Shown here: in pieces, positions 1-8,286 of the stretch
How positions within the stretch are numbered: the stretch's first letter is position 1
Layout of the letters: every line of letters starts with the position of its first letter
NCBI GenBank assembly: GCA_905208975.1
Contig: CAJLRE010000001.1
Coordinates: forward strand, 1,689-65,688
Direction: 5' to 3'
Origin: an uncultured Collinsella sp.
GTDB lineage: Bacteria; Actinomycetota; Coriobacteriia; Coriobacteriales; Coriobacteriaceae
Length of the DNA stretch: 64,000 nt
Translations under genes and position numbers: made by a program
The notes under the pieces: generated by a model
What the model saw: only the letters and a program-made list of their open reading frames with translations
Databases searched by the model: none
Told to the model about the DNA's origin: nothing

Positions 1-735
1 GTCGAGGACCTCACCGGCGTGCAGGTTGGTGAGCACGACCTCGGCGGTGGGGATCAGGAAGTTGTCGCCCGAGACGTGATAGGCGTCGTCCTCGAACTTG
101 GGCAGCTGGCCCGTGCCGAACATGGTCTGACGCTTGACGACGATGGGCGGCCACCACTCCTTAAAACCACGGCTGGTGTGCGTATCGAGGAAGAAGTTGA
201 TGAGGGCGCGCTCAAGACGGGCGCCGGCGCCACCGAGAACGGTGAAGCGGCTGCCGGAGAGCTTGTTGCCGCGCTCGAAGTCAAGGATGTCGAGGTCGGT
301 GCCCAGATCCCAGTGCGGCTTAAAGTCGAAGTCGAACTCGCGCGGGGTGCCCCAACGACGGCGCTCGATGTTCTCGTCCTCGTCCTTGCCGTACGGCGTG
401 GCCTCGCAAGGAATGTTGGGCAGGTGAGCCATGAAGTCGTACTGCTCCTGCTCGAGGGCGGTGCGGCGCTCGGCCAGACCGTCAATCTTCTCGTTGACGG
501 CGCGCACGGCCTCCTTGGCGGCCTCGGCCTCGTCCTTCTTGCCCTCCTTCATCAGGGCGCCGATCTTCTTGGACTCGGCATTGCGCGTGGCTTGAAGTTC
601 CTCAACCTCGGTGATGACGGCACGACGCTCGTCGTCGAGCTCAAAGAACTTCTCGCGATCCCAAGACGTCTGGCGGTTAGCCATGGCGACATCGATGGCA
701 TCAGGGTTCTCGCGAACAAACTTGATATCAAGCAT
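1..735 (-). CDS. serS: Serine--tRNA ligase, N-terminal part (runs off the window start)
   Basis: Not in the ORF track. Manual minus-strand translation from ATG at 735 gives MLDIKFVRENPDAIDVAMANR...LPNIP...KPHWDLG...GSRF...GTGQLPKF...LIPTAEV, all SerRS hallmarks. The + strand ORF 19..738 is its antisense shadow. Confidence 0.96.
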   Translation of the reverse strand, partial: MLDIKFVRENPDAIDVAMANRQTSWDREKFFELDDERRAVITEVEELQATRNAESKKIGALMKEGKKDEAEAAKEAVRAVNEKIDGLAERRTALEQEQYDFMAHLPNIPCEATPYGKDEDENIERRRWGTPREFDFDFKPHWDLGTDLDILDFERGNKLSGSRFTVLGGAGARLERALINFFLDTHTSRGFKEWWPPIVVKRQTMFGTGQLPKFEDDAYHVSGDNFLIPTAEVVLTNLHAGEVLD

Positions 736-846
736 TAGATCCTCCGGCGATATACATTCCATTTAGGTTGCAACCTTGTACATGTATGGGCAAGTATATA
801 CTTATGAACGTTTACGACCCAACTCAACTACGCAAGAAGGCACCCA

Positions 847-1020
847 ATGGACGCAGTTTTTTCCTTTTTGTTTGGCACCCGCACCGGTTTTGCCATCCTT
901 TTCGCCGGCGGCATCCTGCTGTTTGCGATTCTTGCCTTTGTAATGGAGAAGCGCACCCATAAGATGTATGTCGACCGCGGCCCCAAATCCGAGGACGAAG
1001 AAGACAGCTTCTGGGACTAA
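847..1020 (+). CDS. Small 57-aa membrane protein (MDAVFSFLFGTRTGFAILFAGGILLFAILAFVMEKRTHKMYVDRGPKSEDEEDSFWD)
   Basis: Below the ORF-track cut-off. AAGAAGG SD-like motif upstream, one hydrophobic helix then a charged tail, followed by a strong hairpin at 1072-1112. Confidence 0.75.
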   Translation: MDAVFSFLFGTRTGFAILFAGGILLFAILAFVMEKRTHKMYVDRGPKSEDEEDSFWD

Positions 1021-1023
1021 CCC

Positions 1024-1171
1024 GCCAAAAAGGGACAGGTTTATTTTGGTCGGTTTTATCCGGGCGAACGCAAGCGCCCCGCAACTGGAATTGAGCCAGT
1101 TGCGGGGCGCTTTTCGCTAAAAGGACAAAACCGCAGGAAAAACCTGCCAAAATAAACTGTCCCTTTTTTGG
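1024..1171. repeat. Inverted-repeat element (~34-bp arms) enclosing a bidirectional terminator-like hairpin
   Basis: GCCAAAAAGGGACAGGTTTATTTTGGTCGGTTTT (1024-1057) versus AAAACCTGCCAAAATAAACTGTCCCTTTTTTGG (1139-1171). Central hairpin AAGCGCCCCGCAACTGG-N7-CCAGTTGCGGGGCGCTT. The arm recurs at 50351-50394 and 62183-62226. Confidence 0.85.
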
Positions 1172-1177
1172 TCGGTT

Positions 1178-1948
1178 TTACTGGAGGGTTGCGTCGATTG
1201 CCTTGACCAGGGCGCTGCGCATGCCGGCGTCCTCGAGCGCAACGACGCCCTTGATGGTGGCACCACCGGGCGAGCATACGGCATCCTTCATCGCCGCAGG
1301 ATGCTGGCCAGTTGCAAGCTGCAGCTTTGCCGTACCCAGCACCATCTGGCTCACAATGCGATAAGCATCCGCACGCGGGATACCGTGCTTGACCGCCGCA
1401 TCGCCCAGGGCCTCGATTGCCATAGCGACAAATGCCGGAGCGCAACCACCCACCGTGCCGCCCACGAACAGCAGGCTCGTGTCGAGCTCAACCACCGTGC
1501 CAAGCTTGCCAAGTAGATCGAGCACCACAGCGCGCCGCTCGTCATTGAGCGTCGAAGCCTTCTCGCAGGCGATGACGCCCTCACCCACTGAAACCGGCGT
1601 GTTGGGCACCGTCGAGATATGCGCGACGTCCGGCAGGACCTGCTCCCACTTGGCACTGTCCCAGGTCCAGGCAACCGACAGAACGACCTTTTTGGCAAGA
1701 GCATCCTTGAGCGGGGCGAATACCTTCTCGATCATGTACGGCTTGACCGCAGCGACCACGATATCGGATGCGGCGACAACCTCGGCGGCATCGTGGCAAG
1801 CGGCCATCCCGCGCGCCTCACAGCGCTCAACCAGTGCGTCGTAGCGACCCGCGCAGGCGCACATGTCGCTCGCAGCTACACCGGCAGCGATCCAGCCATC
1901 GGCCATAGCGCTCGCCATATTGCCAAAACCGACAAATCCAATCTTCAT
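1178..1948 (-). CDS. proC: Pyrroline-5-carboxylate reductase
   Basis: MKIGFVGFGNMA Rossmann motif, AVKP, PNTP and VCSPGGATI signature. Start moved to ATG 1948. Confidence 0.95.
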   Translation of the reverse strand: MKIGFVGFGNMASAMADGWIAAGVAASDMCACAGRYDALVERCEARGMAACHDAAEVVAASDIVVAAVKPYMIEKVFAPLKDALAKKVVLSVAWTWDSAKWEQVLPDVAHISTVPNTPVSVGEGVIACEKASTLNDERRAVVLDLLGKLGTVVELDTSLLFVGGTVGGCAPAFVAMAIEALGDAAVKHGIPRADAYRIVSQMVLGTAKLQLATGQHPAAMKDAVCSPGGATIKGVVALEDAGMRSALVKAIDATLQ

Positions 1949-2021
1949 ATCGCATAGTCCTTTCAGACACATTCCTCAAAACGAAAGGTATTGTCCCACG
2001 CCATTGTTTCGTATTGCCGAC

Positions 2022-2492
2022 CTATTTGTGATACGGCTCGCCACGACTGATCTTGCAGGCACGGTAAATCTGCTCCAGCAGCACCACACGCGCCAGGTTA
2101 TGCGGCAAGGTAATGCGTCCAAAGCTGAGCATCTCGTCGGCTCGTGCGCGCACGTCATCGCTCACGCCGTCCGAACCGCCGATTACAAAGGCAATGTCGC
2201 TGCTGCCTCGCAGCATAAGATCGTCGAGCCTCGCCGAAAACTCCTCGCTCGAGCGCTCCTTGCCCTCGATAGCCAGCAGGATCACATGCGCTCGAGATGG
2301 CAAGGCGGCAAGAATCGCCGCCCCCTCCTTGTCGCGCGCGGCATCCACGCCGCCCGCCTTAGCCGGGTCGATATCGGCCACCTCGCGGATATCCACCTTG
2401 GCATAGGCACCTAGGCGCTTGGTGTACTCAGCGCACGCGTCCTTCCAAAAGCGCTCCTTGAGCTTACCGACGCAAACGACGGTGTATTTCAC
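2022..2492 (-). CDS. rlmH: 23S rRNA pseudouridine-1915 N3-methyltransferase
   Basis: VGKLKE, FVIGGSDG, SFGRITLPHNLARVVLLEQIYRA...GEPYHK SPOUT signature. Confidence 0.96.
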   Translation of the reverse strand: MKYTVVCVGKLKERFWKDACAEYTKRLGAYAKVDIREVADIDPAKAGGVDAARDKEGAAILAALPSRAHVILLAIEGKERSSEEFSARLDDLMLRGSSDIAFVIGGSDGVSDDVRARADEMLSFGRITLPHNLARVVLLEQIYRACKISRGEPYHK

Positions 2493-2498
2493 GCGCGT

Positions 2499-3437
2499 CT
2501 ACTCCTTCGAATCGTTTTGAACTTTGCCGGCGGCCAGCATCTGCTCGAACATCGAAGCCGACTGCGAAAAGTCGCTCGGCAGCACGACCGTCGAGGTTTT
2601 ACCCGTGCGAGCGAACTCCGTCATCATCTCGGACCACTGCGTAAACATGAACAGTTGGTTGGCCTCGTCATTGCCGACACCCGTCTCCTGGATGATCTCG
2701 AGCGAATCTTTGATACCCAGCGCGATGGCCTTGCGCTGGTTGGCGATGCCCTCGCCCGCCTTTTCCATAGCCTCGGCCTCGGCGGTCGCCTCGGTGACGC
2801 GCTTGATGCGGTCGGCCTCGGCGAGCTCCTGCGCGGCAGCGCGCTTGCGCTGGGCAGCGTTGATGTCGTTCATGGAGTTCTCAACCTCGGTCGGCAGTGC
2901 GATTTTGGTGATGAGCGTCGACACGAGGGTGAAGCCGTAGGCGGCCATCTGCTCGGAAACGGTAGCGTTGACATCCTTGGCGATGTCATCCTTCTTGGCA
3001 AAGACCTCATCGAGTGTGTAGACGGGGATGGAGGAGCGCAGGGCGTCGGTGATGAAGTCGCGCATCTGGTCGACGGGCTCCTGCAGCATATAGTAGCTCT
3101 TGTAGATGCCCGAATCTGCCGGGCCGGCGCCCATGTCATAGCTCACGTGGTACTGAGCGGAGACCTCAAGGCCAATGGTCACGTTGTCCTGGGTCTTAAC
3201 GTCGATGCCAAAACCATTTTTCATGGTGCGCAGACTCACCGTGGCGGCCTTGCGGTCAATCACGGGCACCTTCACGTGGAAGCCCGCGTTGACGATACGA
3301 TTGAACTTACCCAAGCGCTCGATGATCACAGCGTGCTGCTGCTCAACGACGTAGCAGGCGTTGGGGAGCAGCAACAACAGGATGATGATGGGAATCAAAA
3401 GGCTGGTAAGGGCGGCGATGATACCGGAAAATAGCAT
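2499..3437 (-). CDS. SPFH/Band 7 (stomatin/HflC-like) membrane protein
   Basis: N-terminal TM helix, IIERLGKF, KTQDNV, alanine/glutamate-rich coiled-coil tail. Confidence 0.9.
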   Translation of the reverse strand: MLFSGIIAALTSLLIPIIILLLLLPNACYVVEQQHAVIIERLGKFNRIVNAGFHVKVPVIDRKAATVSLRTMKNGFGIDVKTQDNVTIGLEVSAQYHVSYDMGAGPADSGIYKSYYMLQEPVDQMRDFITDALRSSIPVYTLDEVFAKKDDIAKDVNATVSEQMAAYGFTLVSTLITKIALPTEVENSMNDINAAQRKRAAAQELAEADRIKRVTEATAEAEAMEKAGEGIANQRKAIALGIKDSLEIIQETGVGNDEANQLFMFTQWSEMMTEFARTGKTSTVVLPSDFSQSASMFEQMLAAGKVQNDSKE

Positions 3438-3494
3438 GGTCTCTCCTCTGATAGGCACACGTTGGTACTAGGATACCCGTCCAAGGAGATCGTG

Positions 3495-3743
3495 CATAAC
3501 AAAAAAGCTCCCATTGCTGGGAGCTCTTTCAATCAATGGTGCGGGCGAAAGGACGTCCGCGTATCCGCTTCGCGGATCCGCACCGGCTTCGCCCGCCTGC
3601 CGGCGGACTCGCCAGCTCGCTAAAAACGCTCCGCGTTTTCTTGACGCTCGCTCCTTCACAGGTTCAAGTCCCTGCGATGGGCACATAACAAAAAAGCCCC
3701 CATTGCTGGGAGCTCTTTCAATCAATGGTGCGGGCGAAAGGAC
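3495..3743. repeat. 60-bp direct repeat (tRNA-Leu 3' end plus terminator) at 3495-3554 and 3684-3743 around a 129-bp hairpin-rich insert
   Basis: The copies differ at one base (AAGCTCCC versus AAGCCCCC); period 189 bp. Confidence 0.92.
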
Positions 3744-3812
3744 TTGAACCTTCATGGGGTTGCCCCCATACGGACCTGAACCGTACGCGTCTGCCAATTC
3801 CGCCACGCCCGC
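3726..3812 (-). tRNA. tRNA-Leu (CAG), long variable arm, CCA encoded
   Basis: Reverse complement GCGGGCGTGGCGGAATTGGCAGACGCGTACGGTTCAGGTCCGTATGGGGGCAACCCCATGAAGGTTCAAGTCCTTTCGCCCGCACCA folds as a cloverleaf; anticodon arm TACGG-TTCAGGT-CCGTA. Confidence 0.97.
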
Positions 3813-3855
3813 GTGCAGGAATTAGAATAACGGAGCGCCACCGCGAACGCAAGAA

Positions 3856-4770
3856 CTATTTTTGAAAAAGTTTGCAGGCATTTTCCCAAGCGGCATGCGC
3901 GATTGTTTCGGCGTCCTCACCAGTGCGATCGACACGGTCGTTAACCAGCGCGTTTGCCGTAATGGAGATCATTGCTGGCTCGCATTCAAGACCGCGAATG
4001 GGCTCCGGCGCCATATACGGGCAATCCGTCTCGAACAAAATGCGGTCGAGCGGGGTCGCCGCAAATGCCTCGCGCACGTCATCGTTGCGCTTAAAGGTGG
4101 CCGCACCACCATAGGCGATATAGCAGCCCAGCTCCACAAAGCGCTCCATCGTGGCGCGGTCCTCGCCAAAGCAGTGCAGCACGCAACCGGCCTGAGGCAC
4201 ACCCACCTCGCGCAGCACGTTGTACGCATCCATATGCGAGGTGCGCTCCCCATCCGAGTCCTCGTGCCGCAGGTGCAGCTCCACCGGCACATTGCGGCGC
4301 ACGGCAACTTCGAGCTGACGCGCCATGCAATCAATCTGCACACTGTGGGGCGCCGGCGCGATGTCGTCGTCGTAATCCGTGTGGTAGTCCAGACCGATCT
4401 CGCCGATACCGGCGCACAAAGGGTCATCGAGCGCAGCAACAACCTGCGCGTGAATGTCATCGGTATAATCCGGCGCGCCATAGGGGTGAACGCCAGCGAG
4501 ATACTTGATCTGCGGAATATCCCGCATCGGCAGAATTTCGCGCACGAGCCAGTCGCTATAGTCCGTCACGCTGCGCTTGTCGGCGATGGGGTCGAAGACC
4601 GTCACCAACAGGTCGATGCCTGCCGCCTTGGCGCGCACGAGTGTCTCGGGCACATCCTTGCCCCAGAACGAAAGCAGATGCGCATGCGTGTCAGCAAGCG
4701 GTGCCAAGGGCACGGGACAAGCAACCGTCTTCTTTTTCTTGGTAAACGTCACGCGTTCGGCATTAGGCAT
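3856..4770 (-). CDS. tatD: TatD family hydrolase/DNase
   Basis: DTHAH, GVHP, IGEIGLDY, LHLR, VLHCF and ETDCPY motifs. Start placed at the rsmA overlap. Confidence 0.92.
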   Translation of the reverse strand: MPNAERVTFTKKKKTVACPVPLAPLADTHAHLLSFWGKDVPETLVRAKAAGIDLLVTVFDPIADKRSVTDYSDWLVREILPMRDIPQIKYLAGVHPYGAPDYTDDIHAQVVAALDDPLCAGIGEIGLDYHTDYDDDIAPAPHSVQIDCMARQLEVAVRRNVPVELHLRHEDSDGERTSHMDAYNVLREVGVPQAGCVLHCFGEDRATMERFVELGCYIAYGGAATFKRNDDVREAFAATPLDRILFETDCPYMAPEPIRGLECEPAMISITANALVNDRVDRTGEDAETIAHAAWENACKLFQK

Positions 4771-5623
4771 CATGGATGAGCTCCTGAGCCAGGCGGATAA
4801 AGTCGGCAACATCAAGCGTTTCTGCGCGCGTGGTGGGTGCGATACCGCAAGCCTCAAAGGCGGCGTCGAGCACGTCCTTGGCAAAGCCGTTGGCGCTCAT
4901 GGAATTGCGGATGGTCTTGCGGCGCTGAGCAAATGCAGCGTCAATCACGCGGGCCACAAATTCGCGATCGAGTCCTTCGGGCACCACGCCGTCAACACGG
5001 TCGATACGCACGACGGCCGAGTCCACGTGCGGTGCCGGCATAAAGCAACGTGGCGGCACCTCAAAGCGACCCGTAACCTGCGCATACAGGCCGAGCTTTG
5101 CCGTGTAGCCGCCATAGGTCTTGTTACCCGGCACCGCGGCAATGCGATCGGCAACCTCCTTTTGAACCATGACCACGGCACGCTTGAGCGCGGGCATCGT
5201 CTGGAAGAACTGCAGGATGATCGTCGCCGCCACGTTATAGGGCAGGTTCGCGACAAATACCGTCGGCTCACCGCCTGCAGCCTGCTCAATCTGCCCCGTC
5301 GTCACCTTGAGCGCGTCGCCCATGATAAAGCGGAAGTTGGCATAGTCGGCGGCATGGGCATCGAGCACCGGTTCGAGTTCGGGATCGGCCTCGATCGACG
5401 TGACGCACGCCGCCTCCTGCAGCAGCGCGAGCGTGAGCGTACCAACGCCCGGGCCAACCTCGAGCACGCGCTCATCGCCCGTGAGCTCGGAAAGCTCGCA
5501 AATGCGCTCAATTACATGGTTGTCGATCAGGAAGTTCTGGCCCAGGCGATGCTTGGTCGCAAGGCCAAACTCCTCCAGCAGCTCCCTTGTTGCCGTGGGG
5601 TTTGCCAAAGGCGAAGTTGTCAT
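4763..5623 (-). CDS. rsmA: 16S rRNA m6,2A1518/1519 dimethyltransferase
   Basis: LGQNFL, LEVGPGVGTLT, ANLPYN, MVQKEVADR, FAQRRKT. Confidence 0.97.
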   Translation of the reverse strand: MTTSPLANPTATRELLEEFGLATKHRLGQNFLIDNHVIERICELSELTGDERVLEVGPGVGTLTLALLQEAACVTSIEADPELEPVLDAHAADYANFRFIMGDALKVTTGQIEQAAGGEPTVFVANLPYNVAATIILQFFQTMPALKRAVVMVQKEVADRIAAVPGNKTYGGYTAKLGLYAQVTGRFEVPPRCFMPAPHVDSAVVRIDRVDGVVPEGLDREFVARVIDAAFAQRRKTIRNSMSANGFAKDVLDAAFEACGIAPTTRAETLDVADFIRLAQELIHDA

Positions 5624-5730
5624 AGTTGCCTCCTTAGCATGATGGCGGCGTCTTGAAACAAAAGGGCATGGACCGTTGCGGCCATGCCCTTACATCTAAA
5701 CAGCAAATTGCCGATATGGCGCGCGGCGTC

Positions 5731-7332
5731 TTAGCCCAGACGCGGGAACAGCGGCTCACCCTTCTCGACGGGCTGACCACCGGCAAGCAGGCCCCAAGCG
5801 CAAATGCCCTTGAGGTCGTCGCTCGCGGCCTCGTCCTCGCAGGACAGGCGGCGCAGGGCTTCGGCAGAGGTCTGAGGCATGAGCGGCATCAGCAGGTGAG
5901 CGGCAATGCGGATGGCCTCGAGCAGGTTGTAGATCACAAATGCCAGCTCGTCAGCCTTAGCCTCATCCTTGGCAAGCGCCCAAGGCTCGGAGTCCTCGAT
6001 GTAGTGGTTGGCGGCGTGGATGAGCTCCATAACCTCGTCCTTGGCTCCGCCGTAATCGAGCACGTCCATCTTGGCCATGTAGCGGTCGACCAGGCCATCG
6101 GCGATCTTTGCCAGCGGGTTGTCGAACGCATCGAACGATGCGGGCTTGGCGGGCGCGCAACCGTCAAAGTACTTGCCGCTCATGTTGAGCGAACGCGAGA
6201 TAAGGTTGCCCCAGCTGTTGGCCAGGTCGGCGTTGTAGACCTGCTCCATGCGATCGAAGCTGATAGCGCCGTCGGTACCGGGAACGACGTCGGTCATAAA
6301 GTAGTAGCGATAGCCCTCGACGCCCAGCATGTCGATAACGTCCTGCGGAGCGATGGCGTTACCGCGGCTCTTGGACATCTTCTCGGCCTTGCCGGTCTCG
6401 GCATTGCGCACGGTCAGGAAGCCGTGGGCAAAGACGTGCTCGGGCAGGGCCTCGCCGATGGCCATGAGCATGGCGGGCCAAATGACGCAGTGGAAGCGGA
6501 TGATGTCCTTACCCACGATGTGGAACTGCGCGGGCCAGCGATAGGCCAGCTCGGCACGCGCCTCGTCGGTGTCGACACCGTAGCCGACGGCCGTCATATA
6601 GTTGAGCAGCGCGTCAAACCATACATAGGTCACATGGCCCTCGTCAAACGGAACCTGGATGCCCCAGTCAAAGCTCGTGCGACTCACGGAAAGGTCGTTG
6701 AGGCCGCCCTCGACAAAGCTGCGAACCTCGTTCATGCGGAACGCAGGCTCGACAAAGTCGGGGTGCTCGTCATAGAGCTTGAGAAGCTTGTCCTGGAAGG
6801 CGGAAAGCTTAAAGAAGTAGGACTCCTCCTGGACGCGCTCAAGCGGACGGTGGCAGTCGGGGCATAGATGCTGGCCGACGCTGCCGTACTCCTCGTCGCC
6901 CTTCTGGACCTGCGTATCAGTGAAGTAGGTCTCGTCAGGCACGCAATACCAACCGTCGTAGCTGCCCTTATACAGGTAACCGGACTCCTTCATGCGCTCC
7001 CACAGGTACTGCACGGCATGATGCTGGCGCGGCTCGGTGGTGCGGATGAAGTCGTCGTTGGAAATCTCGAGCTTGCTCCAAAGCTCCTTGAAGTGCGGGG
7101 CCTGGCTATCGGTCCACTCCTGCGGCGTCATGCCATGCTTGGCTGCGGCCTCGGCGACCTTCTCGCCGTGCTCGTCCATGCCGGTCAGGAACTTGACGTT
7201 ATAGCCGGCGGAACGGCGATAGCGAGCCTGAACGTCGGCGATGATGGTGGAATAAGCCGTGCCCAGGTGCGGATCGGCGTTGACGTAGTAGATGGGCGTC
7301 GTGATAAAGAACGAAGGCTTGCTTTGATCCAT
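5731..7332 (-). CDS. metG: Methionine--tRNA ligase (short form, no C-terminal EMAP domain)
   Basis: ITTPIYYVN, HLGT (HIGH-like), GMDEHG, YVWFDALLNY, GKDIIRFH, KMSKS. Confidence 0.97.
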   Translation of the reverse strand: MDQSKPSFFITTPIYYVNADPHLGTAYSTIIADVQARYRRSAGYNVKFLTGMDEHGEKVAEAAAKHGMTPQEWTDSQAPHFKELWSKLEISNDDFIRTTEPRQHHAVQYLWERMKESGYLYKGSYDGWYCVPDETYFTDTQVQKGDEEYGSVGQHLCPDCHRPLERVQEESYFFKLSAFQDKLLKLYDEHPDFVEPAFRMNEVRSFVEGGLNDLSVSRTSFDWGIQVPFDEGHVTYVWFDALLNYMTAVGYGVDTDEARAELAYRWPAQFHIVGKDIIRFHCVIWPAMLMAIGEALPEHVFAHGFLTVRNAETGKAEKMSKSRGNAIAPQDVIDMLGVEGYRYYFMTDVVPGTDGAISFDRMEQVYNADLANSWGNLISRSLNMSGKYFDGCAPAKPASFDAFDNPLAKIADGLVDRYMAKMDVLDYGGAKDEVMELIHAANHYIEDSEPWALAKDEAKADELAFVIYNLLEAIRIAAHLLMPLMPQTSAEALRRLSCEDEAASDDLKGICAWGLLAGGQPVEKGEPLFPRLG

Positions 7333-7401
7333 GGGGTTTGTCCTCCAGAAAAACGTTGCATACAGAGGATGATTCTAGCGCAAGGGCTGGATATCCTCCA
7401 T

Positions 7402-8280
7402 CTATTGCATATCGAGCACCATGGCATAGACATCGCGCTTGCGGCGCGAATACTTCTGAGACAGGCGCTTGGCCACCGCAGACGCGGGCTCCCCCTCCTC
7501 GAGCGCGGCGCGGATATCCTCGCGCAGGGCCTCGTCGGGATCCGCTGCCGTGGCGCCGACCGGCACGATACCGGCCTCCTCATCCTCGCTCGGTGGCGCG
7601 ATGACCAGCGCAATCTCGCCCTTTACCTCGCCGCGAGCACGCAGCTCCTCGGCAAGCTGGTCAGCGGGCCCGCGCAAGACCTCCTCGTGCAGCTTGGTGA
7701 GTTCGCGGCAGACGGCAACCTCACGCTGGGGAAAGACCTCCGCCACGGCCTCGAGCGTCGCCACGATGCGATGTGGAGACTCGTAGAAGATGAGTGCGCC
7801 GGGCACCACGGCAAGGCGCTGCAAACGGCGCACACGGTCGCCGTGCTTTCGGCCCAAAAAGCCCTCGAAGAAAAAATGCTCGCAGGGAATGCCGGACGAA
7901 ACAAGCGCCGTGACGCAAGCAGAGGGCCCAGGAATAACTTCGACGGGCACATCGGCCTCACGCGCCGCCTCGATCAGCGCCTGGCCGGGATCGGACACGC
8001 TCGGCATGCCGGCGTCCGAGGCAAAGGCGAGGGTCTCCCCCGCCAGCAGACGGTCGACCAGGCCGGCAGCGCGGCTAGCGATCACATTCTCGTCGCAACG
8101 GACAAGCGGCTTGGAAATGCCCAGGTGCATCAGCAGCTTTGACGTCACACGCGTGTCTTCGCAGCAGATGACATCGGCAGCGGCAAAGGCCTCGCCAACG
8201 CGCGGGGACAGGTCACCCAGGTTGCCGATGGGCGTGCCGACCACATAGAGTTTGCCCGTATGGGCGCTGTTTTGCGTCAT
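7402..8280 (-). CDS. rsmI: 16S rRNA C1402 2'-O-methyltransferase
   Basis: LYVVGTPIGNLGDLS, CEDTR, SDAGMPSVSDPG, FYESPHR, RELTKLHEE. Confidence 0.96.
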   Translation of the reverse strand: MTQNSAHTGKLYVVGTPIGNLGDLSPRVGEAFAAADVICCEDTRVTSKLLMHLGISKPLVRCDENVIASRAAGLVDRLLAGETLAFASDAGMPSVSDPGQALIEAAREADVPVEVIPGPSACVTALVSSGIPCEHFFFEGFLGRKHGDRVRRLQRLAVVPGALIFYESPHRIVATLEAVAEVFPQREVAVCRELTKLHEEVLRGPADQLAEELRARGEVKGEIALVIAPPSEDEEAGIVPVGATAADPDEALREDIRAALEEGEPASAVAKRLSQKYSRRKRDVYAMVLDMQ

Positions 8281-8286
8281 ATCAAC

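Noticed and set aside
19..738. 239-aa plus-strand ORF
   Set aside because: Antisense shadow of serS; the minus frame carries the SerRS motifs.
3536..3554. Second tRNA gene in the duplicated copies (also 9645-9663)
   Set aside because: Only the last ~18 nt of the tRNA are duplicated; no D-arm or anticodon arm is present.
3468..3806. 112-aa minus ORF with an internal repeat (VLSPAPLIERAPSNG twice); likewise ORFs 9427..9858 and 9645..9893
   Set aside because: They overlap tRNA genes, and the peptide repeats merely translate the DNA duplications.
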